This document shows positions 57,033-64,000 of a stretch of DNA of 64,000 nt, in pieces. The translations under genes and the position numbers were made by a program. This DNA is from an uncultured Gammaproteobacteria bacterium (lineage in GTDB: Bacteria > Pseudomonadota > Gammaproteobacteria > Pseudomonadales > Azotimanducaceae). Each line of letters opens with the position of its first letter. The first letter of the stretch is position 1. The notes below the pieces were generated by a model. It was not told the DNA's origin. It did no database searches and saw nothing but the letters and a program-made list of their open reading frames with translations. The stretch covers positions 33,241 to 97,240 of the forward strand of contig CAJXDK010000002.1 of NCBI GenBank assembly GCA_913052265.1, in the 5' to 3' direction.

Positions 57033-57665
57033 ATGTTTACCGGAATTGTTCAAGAGCTGATGGCTGTCAAGGCAATAGAGCACGGGCCCGATCTTAGCCG
57101 GCTGGCTTTGCAAATGGGCGCGCTCGGCCACGGGTTACAGCTGGGTGCCTCTGTTGCGGTGAACGGCACGTGTCTTACCGTTACTCAACATGATGATGAC
57201 GTTACCTATTTTGACATCATCAAAGAAACCCTAGAAACGACGAATCTTGGTCGGTTGGATACTTCCTCTAAGGTCAATGTTGAGCGTTCGTTTAAGGTTG
57301 GCGATGAGGTGGGTGGACATGTGGTCTCCGGTCACGTGTCCACAACCGCCGAGCTGGTGGGTTTGCACGATCAAGGAAATGACCGTGTGCTGACATTTAA
57401 AGTAGAGCCGAAGTGGCAAAATTACATCTTTCATAAGGGTTATGTGGCGCTCGACGGCGCCAGCCTGACGGTGTCCTCGGTTGACCGAGATAATGCCGAT
57501 TTCAGCGTCAGCCTCATTCCTGAGACGATCGAGAGAACCACTCTAGGAACACTTGGCTTGGGCGACTCAGTTAATGTGGAGATCGACAGTCAAACTCAAG
57601 CCATCGTCGATACTGTCGAGCGAGTCTTGGCAGAGCGTTATGAAAACCACACAGGCAAAGTGTAA
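57033..57665 (+). CDS. ribC: Riboflavin synthase (alpha chain)
   Basis: MFTGIVQ, GASVAVNGTCLTV, VNVERS, GGHVVSGHV, G.SLTV, LIPET. Confidence 0.93.
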   Translation: MFTGIVQELMAVKAIEHGPDLSRLALQMGALGHGLQLGASVAVNGTCLTVTQHDDDVTYFDIIKETLETTNLGRLDTSSKVNVERSFKVGDEVGGHVVSGHVSTTAELVGLHDQGNDRVLTFKVEPKWQNYIFHKGYVALDGASLTVSSVDRDNADFSVSLIPETIERTTLGTLGLGDSVNVEIDSQTQAIVDTVERVLAERYENHTGKV

Positions 57666-57667
57666 TC

Positions 57668-58480
57668 ATGCAGAGCTTCCACGAAAAACTGCGCTGCAGC
57701 TGGCAGAAGAGCGGTTCGCTGCTTTGTGTGGGTATCGATCCCGACCTCGAGCGTTTACCGCGCGGGTTAGCGGCAGCTAAGAAACCGTTTCTTGATTTTG
57801 GTAGGGCGATTGTCGAGGCGACGGCACCCTATGTGTGTGCATTCAAACCTCAGGCAGCCCACTTTGCGGCAGTGGGTAAGGAAAATGAACTCGCCGAGTT
57901 GATCGCGTTTGCGAAGGCTCATTTTCCGGATATCCCGGTTATTCTCGACGCAAAGCGCGGTGATGTGGGCAGTACTGCTAGGCTGTATGCCAGGGAAGCG
58001 TTCGAGAGGTATAACGCCGACGCGGTTACCGTCAGCCCCTATCTTGGGAAAGACAGCTTAGAGCCTTACTTCGCTTTTAGGGAGCGAGGTATTGTGGTGT
58101 TGTGCCGAACCAGTAATCCAGGCAGCAATTGGCTGCAAAACCGTACTGAGGACGGGCAACCGACCTATTTGCGAGTCGCTGAGAAGGTCAGAGAATGGGA
58201 TACCGCTGAGCAATGCATGTTGGTCACTGGCGCGACTTATCCGGATGAATTGGCTAAGGTGCGAGCAGTGGTTGGGAGCTTGCCACTGCTGGTACCGGGC
58301 ATAGGCGCTCAGGGCGGCAGTATTCAACAGGTATTGAAAAGTGGCTTGGACTCGGACGGGGTCGGTTTAGTGATCTCCAGCTCGCGAGCGATTATATTTG
58401 CTGATTCTGGTCCGGAATACGCTAATGCTGCGGCTTCCGCCGCTCACCTAGCCATGCAAGAGATAAATAAATATCGTTAA
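57668..58480 (+). CDS. pyrF: Orotidine-5'-phosphate decarboxylase (long subfamily)
   Basis: LCVGIDP, FKPQ.A.F, ILDAKRGDVG.TA..YA, CRTSNPG, LLVPGIGAQGG. Confidence 0.93.
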   Translation: MQSFHEKLRCSWQKSGSLLCVGIDPDLERLPRGLAAAKKPFLDFGRAIVEATAPYVCAFKPQAAHFAAVGKENELAELIAFAKAHFPDIPVILDAKRGDVGSTARLYAREAFERYNADAVTVSPYLGKDSLEPYFAFRERGIVVLCRTSNPGSNWLQNRTEDGQPTYLRVAEKVREWDTAEQCMLVTGATYPDELAKVRAVVGSLPLLVPGIGAQGGSIQQVLKSGLDSDGVGLVISSSRAIIFADSGPEYANAAASAAHLAMQEINKYR

Positions 58481-58515
58481 ATTTCAGTAAATTAGATTTT
58501 AAAGATAAATTATTT

Positions 58516-59703
58516 CTAGTTTTTAGCGTCACGCAGCAAGTTGCGAGCAATAATACCCTGCTGAATCTGGCTGGTCCCTTCGTAGATTCTAAAAAGCCGT
58601 ACGTCGCGATAAAAGCGTGCAACCGCATATTCTTCGATGTAGCCGGCACCGCCATGATATTGAACGGCTCTATCGGCGACGCGTCCGACCATCTCTGTGG
58701 CAAAGAGCTTGCAGCAAGAGGCCAGAGTGTTAACGTTTTCGCCTCTGTCGCGACGTTGCGCGGTGTCTAAAACCATACATTCGGCTGCGTAACTCTCTGC
58801 TTTGCTGTCCGCAATCATGCCTTGGAGCAGTTGAAATTCAGCGATCGGCTGTCCGAATTGGGTGCGCTCTTGCCCATAGCTAAGGCAAAGCTCAATCAGT
58901 CGATCAGCACAGCCCACAGACAGGGCGCTGATGTGTATACGGCCGCGATCGAGCGTCTTCATTGCAGTTTGAAAACCCTTATGCAGCATTGCGGTGCCGC
59001 CCACCATTTGCGTGGCTGGAACGCGGCAGTTGTCAAAGATGACATCGCAAACGTGGGCACCCTGTTGACCCATCTTACGGTAGGGTTTTCCAAGGGAAAT
59101 ACCGGGTGTACTGGCATCGACAAGAAAGGCGCTGACCCCTTTGGCGCCGGTTTGGTTCGGGTCGGTACGCGCAAAAACGGTAAACAACTGAGCGCTTGGT
59201 GCGTTAGTGATGTAGCGTTTGGTGCCGCTGATCAGATAATCGTCGCCGTCTTTTATGGCCTTGGTCTGCAGTGCGCCGGCATCAGAACCCGCGTCGGGCT
59301 CGGTAAGCGCGAATGAACCAATGATCTCACCGCTGGCAAGCTTGGGCAGGTAATAGGCACGCTGGTCGTCAGTACCGTCCATCACCAGTCCCTGAGAGCC
59401 GATTCCATTGTTGGTGCCAAATATTGATCGAAAAGCTGGAGATGTGCGCCCCAGTTCCATGACCACTTTGCATTCCTCATAAGTGTTTAAGCCTATCCCT
59501 CCGAATTCTTGGGGTATGGTAAGGCCGAAAAGCCCCAACTCGCGCATCTCCTGGATGACCTCCTCGGGAATAGCATCGTCTTCTGATACCTGCGCTTCCA
59601 AGGGAATCAGCCGTTCATCGACAAATTTTCGAATCGTCAAAATAAGCTGATTTAAGGTGTCTTGGTCCAAAGCGGTGGTGGGCGTTGGTGCTGCAGAGTT
59701 CAT
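58516..59703 (-). CDS. Acyl-CoA dehydrogenase
   Basis: GLFGLTIP..FGG.G, FALTEP.AGSD, GTKRYITNA, R.QFGQPI, Q.HGGAGY, RIYEGTSQIQ. Confidence 0.93.
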   Translation of the reverse strand: MNSAAPTPTTALDQDTLNQLILTIRKFVDERLIPLEAQVSEDDAIPEEVIQEMRELGLFGLTIPQEFGGIGLNTYEECKVVMELGRTSPAFRSIFGTNNGIGSQGLVMDGTDDQRAYYLPKLASGEIIGSFALTEPDAGSDAGALQTKAIKDGDDYLISGTKRYITNAPSAQLFTVFARTDPNQTGAKGVSAFLVDASTPGISLGKPYRKMGQQGAHVCDVIFDNCRVPATQMVGGTAMLHKGFQTAMKTLDRGRIHISALSVGCADRLIELCLSYGQERTQFGQPIAEFQLLQGMIADSKAESYAAECMVLDTAQRRDRGENVNTLASCCKLFATEMVGRVADRAVQYHGGAGYIEEYAVARFYRDVRLFRIYEGTSQIQQGIIARNLLRDAKN

Positions 59704-59831
59704 TTTTTTATCCGGTTAATGCGCTTAGTTATTATACGTAAGCGGGACCCGAGTTTCGCCGCTTTGTTCGCGCATTGCAGTTCTTGCATGGCTCATTTAG
59801 CCTGTCGCGCTTTGGTCAAAGAGATTCCGTG

Positions 59832-61016
59832 ATGAGTAATGATAAAGCGCCTTTTTCTTGGGACGACCCTTTCCTGACGCGCACGCAGTTCTCGGAGGAG
59901 GAGCGTCTAATCCTCGATAGCGCTAACGAGTACGCACAAGAAAAGTTGTTGCCGCGAGTTCAGCATGCCTTTCGACATGAGACGTTTGATCGCGAAATTA
60001 TGAATGAGTTTGGCGCGCTCGGCATGCTGGGCGCCACATTGCCCGAAAAGTACGGCTGCGCAAATGTCAATTATGTTGCCTACGGCATTATGGCGCGCGA
60101 GGTAGAGCGAGTTGACTCAGGCTATCGTTCAGCCATGAGCGTGCAGTCTTCTCTGGTTATGCACCCGATCCATGCTTTCGGCGATGAAGCGCAACGTGAA
60201 CGGTACCTGCCCAAACTGGCGACGGGCGAATGGGTGGGCTGCTTTGGTCTTACGGAGCCTGATCACGGCTCTGATCCCAGCAGTATGGTGACCAACGCTA
60301 AACCGGTTGACGGCGGCTATATTCTTAACGGCGCAAAAATGTGGATCACCAATTCACCGATAGCCGATCTCGCCGTAGTCTGGGCGAAACTCGACGGAGA
60401 CATTCGTGGATTTATAGTAGAGCGCGCATTCGAGGGTTTCAGTACGCCAAAAATCGAGGGCAAACTCAGTCTCCGGGCCTCGGTCACCGGCCAAATTGTT
60501 CTGGAAGACGTTTTCGTACCCGGCGAAAATCTTTTACCCAACGTACGCGGTTTAGCTGGCCCCTTTGGCTGTTTGAATCGGGCTCGTTACGGTATTGCGT
60601 GGGGCGCTATGGGCGCTGCAGAGGCGTGTTGGCATGCTGCGCGCAGTTACACATTAGATCGCCAACAGTTCGGTCGGCCCTTGGCTGCAAATCAACTTGT
60701 GCAGAAGAAACTGGCCGATATGCAAACAGAAATCTCCCTTGGGCTCCAAGGGTGCTTACGCATGGGCAGAATGTTCGACGACGGTACGTTGCCGATAGAA
60801 AATATTTCGCTGATGAAACGCAACAATTGTGGAAAGGCCTTAGAAATTGCTCGGGTTGCTCGTGATATGCACGGTGGCAACGGTATTTCCGATGAATATC
60901 CGGTTATGCGCCATTTGATGAACCTAGAAACGGTTAATACCTACGAGGGCACACACGATGTGCACGCGCTGATTCTGGGTCGAGCGCAGACCGGTATTCA
61001 GGCGTTCACGGGCTGA
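59832..61016 (+). CDS. gcdH: Glutaryl-CoA dehydrogenase
   Basis: [68 protein letters not shown]. Confidence 0.93.
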   Translation: MSNDKAPFSWDDPFLTRTQFSEEERLILDSANEYAQEKLLPRVQHAFRHETFDREIMNEFGALGMLGATLPEKYGCANVNYVAYGIMAREVERVDSGYRSAMSVQSSLVMHPIHAFGDEAQRERYLPKLATGEWVGCFGLTEPDHGSDPSSMVTNAKPVDGGYILNGAKMWITNSPIADLAVVWAKLDGDIRGFIVERAFEGFSTPKIEGKLSLRASVTGQIVLEDVFVPGENLLPNVRGLAGPFGCLNRARYGIAWGAMGAAEACWHAARSYTLDRQQFGRPLAANQLVQKKLADMQTEISLGLQGCLRMGRMFDDGTLPIENISLMKRNNCGKALEIARVARDMHGGNGISDEYPVMRHLMNLETVNTYEGTHDVHALILGRAQTGIQAFTG

Positions 61017-61141
61017 AAAACGGAACTGGTCTACACTTCTGAAAAAAAGTGCTGAAAATGCCGTGAGTTTTTGCCCTAACGGGTTGTTAAAGCGGCGCTT
61101 TATATCTAGCTTTGGCCTCTGAGTGCAACATAGGGTGGGCT

Positions 61142-61882
61142 ATGATTAAGGTGGCGATAGCCGAGGGTCAGCGGCTGATTCGGGAAAGCCTGGCGACACT
61201 TGTCAACGGGTTGAAAGGTTGTGAGGTGGTGGGCGTTAGCGCAACCGGCGAGAGCGCTATTAAGCTGGTTAAAGAGCATCAGCCACACGTTTTGTTGATG
61301 GATATGCTGTTGCCAGGGTTCGGCGGTCTGGAAGTGCTGCAGCGAATTGCGGCCGCGGATTTAAGAACCGAGACAATTGTTCTTGGCAGCGTGACAAAAG
61401 CGGTGATGCCAACACAGATGCTCCAGGCGGGGGCAAAATCCTTTCTAACAAAGGGTGTTTCCTCAGAGGAACTTGGCCACGCCATTCGTAAGGTCTTCGC
61501 TGGTCAGCGTTATGTTTCCGAGTTCATCGCCCAACGCATCTTAAACGCCTCGCTGGGATACAGCGAAAGCAATCTTATTGCCAAACTTACGCGGCGCGAA
61601 TTTCAAGTTTTACTAATGCTGTTGGATTGCCAGAAGGTTAACGAGATCGCAAGGTCGCTGCATTTGTCGCCGAAAACGGTGAACAGTTATCGTTATCGCT
61701 TGTTCGAAAAGCTGGATGTAAAGAGTAACGTTGAACTTGTTTTGTTTGCCGTGAAGAACGGCATTCCAACACCGGGTTTCGATACCGAGGAAGTATCGCG
61801 ACGGCGGCGTCCGCTCAAAAATACTCCAACTATGGCCGTTGCTGAGGAAGATAAGGTTTTCCTTGTAAGCGACTCTGAATGA
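61142..61882 (+). CDS. uvrY: UvrY/GacA-family response regulator (atypical receiver, C-terminal extension)
   Basis: LMD54, LTK104, GQRYVS..IAQ, LuxR HTH LSPKTVNSYRYRLFEKL. Position upstream of uvrC-pgsA. Confidence 0.85.
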   Translation: MIKVAIAEGQRLIRESLATLVNGLKGCEVVGVSATGESAIKLVKEHQPHVLLMDMLLPGFGGLEVLQRIAAADLRTETIVLGSVTKAVMPTQMLQAGAKSFLTKGVSSEELGHAIRKVFAGQRYVSEFIAQRILNASLGYSESNLIAKLTRREFQVLLMLLDCQKVNEIARSLHLSPKTVNSYRYRLFEKLDVKSNVELVLFAVKNGIPTPGFDTEEVSRRRRPLKNTPTMAVAEEDKVFLVSDSE

Positions 61883-62094
61883 CGGTTGATTTGTTGGGTC
61901 AAAGATTAAATTCGACAAGTTGCAGCGTCTTTGGCTGCCGAGTTAGTGGGAACGATTTGGGACCTCTGTTGAATCGAAGAAATTAGAGCCTTAAGTCAGA
62001 CTGCATTAAGTATTTACCAGTGCAGTGGCCGGGCGCTGAGAAATCCCAGCGTGGTTACGTTAATCTAGCCACCGAAGGCGCTGGCTCCGGAACC

Positions 62095-63906
62095 ATGGCA
62101 TTTGACTCCGAAGAATTCCTCAAAAACTTGACGACGAAACCAGGGGTTTATCGTATGCACGATGCTGCAGGTAAAACCCTGTACGTCGGTAAGGCGAAAA
62201 ACCTGCGGAATCGAGTGACCAGCTATTTCCGCGCTAAAGGTTTGCAGACCAAGACCATGGCAATGGTCGCTAAAATCGAAAGTATCGAGATCACCGTTAC
62301 CGCCAGCGAGACCGAGGCGTTGCTGTTGGAACAAAATCTGATAAAGGCTCAGCGACCTCCATACAACATCACACTTCGAGACGATAAGTCTTATCCATTT
62401 GTGCATATTTCCGCGGATCATGAGTTTCCGCAACTTCGCTTTCACAGAGGCAGCAAAGGTAAAACCGGCCAGTACTTTGGTCCGTATCCGTCAGCTTCCT
62501 CGGTAAGGGACAGCCTAAATCTGCTGCAGAAGCTTTTTCGCGTGCGCCAGTGCGATGATAATTTTTTTCGCAACCGTTCCAGGCCATGTTTGCAGTACCA
62601 AATCCAGCGCTGCAGTGCGCCGTGCGTGGGTAAAATTTCTGCCGCAGATTATCAACAGGATGTGGACCTAGCCGCTCTGTTCTTACAGGGCAAGAGCGCT
62701 AATGTAATGAAGGTCTTCCAGGACAAGATGGAGCAATCCTCGGGGCGGATGGATTACGAGAAGGCGGCTCAGTATCGCGATCAGATCAGTCATTTGCGCA
62801 GAATTCAGGAGCGCCAGTACGTTCACGGAGAAAAAGGTGACGTGGATGTTTTCGCGCTTGCGGAAGATGCCGGTCGCTGTTGCATTCAAGTGCTGTTTGT
62901 TCGAAACGGGCAGTTGCTGGGCCAGAAGAGCCACCACATTAGCAACGATCTGGGACTCGATACGGCGGCGCTGCTACAGGCCTTTTTATCGCAATATTAC
63001 TTGGGCGGCGAGCAGTACGAACTGCCTCAAACCATAATTGTTTCCGATCACAGCGCCGAATTCGATATTTTATGCAAAGCTTTAGAGCAACGCGCAGAAC
63101 GCAAAATCCAGCTGTCGAAAGCATTCCGCGGCCAACGCGCGCGATGGTTGGCGCTGGCGGCCGACAATGCCGCAGTGAATTTGCAGGCAAGGGTCGCGGC
63201 TCGAAGCCAAATGAAAGCTCGATTTGGCGATCTCCAAAGTGTGCTTTCGTTACCTCATAGTCCGCAACGGCTCGAGTGTTTTGATATCAGTCATACCATG
63301 GGAGAGGCGACGGTAGCCTCCTGTGTAGTATTTGACGACAGTGGGCCCCTGAGTTCCGACTATCGGCGTTTTAATATAGAAGGCGTTATCGGTGGCGATG
63401 ATTACGCCGCCATGGAACAGGCACTCACCCGTCGGTATGAACGATTGAAAGATAGCCAGGCGCAACTTCCAGATCTTTTAGTGATCGATGGTGGCATGGG
63501 GCAGGTTAGACGAGCTCTGCAGGTGCTGGCCACATTAGACCTGGATCAAGAAATTAATGTGTTAGGCATTGCCAAAGGTCCCGACAGAAAGTCCGGTCTG
63601 GAACGGTTCTTTTTGGGGACAACGGCTGTCCCTATTGACGGACGTTCTCCCGCTGCGCATCTCTTGCAGCATATTCGCGACGAAGCACATCGATTTGCAA
63701 TCACCGGTCATCGGCAGCGTCGGGCCAAAGCGCGCAATCAATCCCAGCTGGAGGGCGTGGCAGGAGTGGGTGCAAAAAAACGTCGCCAACTGCTGCTGCA
63801 CTTTGGCAGTATTGGCGCTATCAAAGGAGCGAGCATTGAGGAGCTTTGCAAGGTCAAAGGCATAAGCAACTCGATCGCGTCTGAAATTTATAAGCACTTT
63901 CATTGA
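62095..63906 (+). CDS. uvrC: Excinuclease ABC subunit C
   Basis: GIY-YIG PGVYRM/YVGKAKNL, LRDDKSYP, ECFDISH, DLLVIDGG, IRDEAHRFAI, HhH GVGAKKR. Start at ATG 62095. Confidence 0.97.
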   Translation: MAFDSEEFLKNLTTKPGVYRMHDAAGKTLYVGKAKNLRNRVTSYFRAKGLQTKTMAMVAKIESIEITVTASETEALLLEQNLIKAQRPPYNITLRDDKSYPFVHISADHEFPQLRFHRGSKGKTGQYFGPYPSASSVRDSLNLLQKLFRVRQCDDNFFRNRSRPCLQYQIQRCSAPCVGKISAADYQQDVDLAALFLQGKSANVMKVFQDKMEQSSGRMDYEKAAQYRDQISHLRRIQERQYVHGEKGDVDVFALAEDAGRCCIQVLFVRNGQLLGQKSHHISNDLGLDTAALLQAFLSQYYLGGEQYELPQTIIVSDHSAEFDILCKALEQRAERKIQLSKAFRGQRARWLALAADNAAVNLQARVAARSQMKARFGDLQSVLSLPHSPQRLECFDISHTMGEATVASCVVFDDSGPLSSDYRRFNIEGVIGGDDYAAMEQALTRRYERLKDSQAQLPDLLVIDGGMGQVRRALQVLATLDLDQEINVLGIAKGPDRKSGLERFFLGTTAVPIDGRSPAAHLLQHIRDEAHRFAITGHRQRRAKARNQSQLEGVAGVGAKKRRQLLLHFGSIGAIKGASIEELCKVKGISNSIASEIYKHFH

Positions 63907-63918
63907 GACAGGGAAAGA

Positions 63919-64000
63919 GTGAATCTACCAAATATAATTACCTTGGCGCGTATCTTATTGGTACCTATTTTTGTGCTGATTTACCTCTTGCCGGGTAGCG
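63919..64000 (+). CDS. pgsA: Phosphatidylglycerophosphate synthase (3'-truncated by window edge)
   Basis: MNLPNIITLARILLVPIFV... directly after uvrC, the conserved uvrY-uvrC-pgsA order. Confidence 0.85.
   Translation, partial: MNLPNIITLARILLVPIFVLIYLLPGS

Noticed and set aside
56538-57131. 197-aa minus-strand ORF crossing the TPR gene, terminator and ribC
   Set aside because: It runs antisense through two real genes and a terminator, so it is a shadow frame.
1-64000. CRISPR arrays, tRNA/rRNA genes, IS elements, integrases, prophage or defence genes
   Set aside because: No regularly spaced repeats, cloverleaf or rRNA signatures, or mobile/defence motifs seen. The tRNA cluster that often follows pgsA would lie beyond the window.

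Overview
A gene-dense, mostly core-genome segment of a gammaproteobacterium. The gene order resembles Pseudomonadales/Cellvibrionales, and a streamlined marine lineage is an inference only. The backbone is the conserved lolCDE-DUF2062-comEC-exbBD-msbA/lpxK-kdsB-murB-rne-rluC-maf-yceD-rpmF-fabDG-acpP-fabF-mltG-tmk-holB-tatD region, plus a TtpC/TonB2-type motor operon and gacA(uvrY)-uvrC-pgsA, with acyl-CoA and peptide catabolic genes interspersed. I saw no tRNA, rRNA, CRISPR array, transposase, integrase or phage gene. The main departures from the expected pattern are six. (1) One 953-aa ORF fuses the lipid A flippase MsbA to the lipid A 4'-kinase LpxK, with a possible internal start in the linker. 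(2) A ~5.9 kb block (DUF2244, clpB with a sigma32-like promoter, an orphan ORF behind a near-consensus LexA box, galU, a DSD1-family enzyme) splits comEC from exbB. (3) A spermidine-synthase-like protein carries a signal peptide and is paired with a separate 6-TM protein. (4) The GacA/UvrY orthologue has a degenerate receiver site. (5) Molybdo-hydroxylase M and S subunits occur without an L subunit. (6) plsX, pabC, ycaR and pilZ are missing from their usual positions, and HolB lacks its zinc module. All family calls come from recognising motifs by eye; no database search was run.
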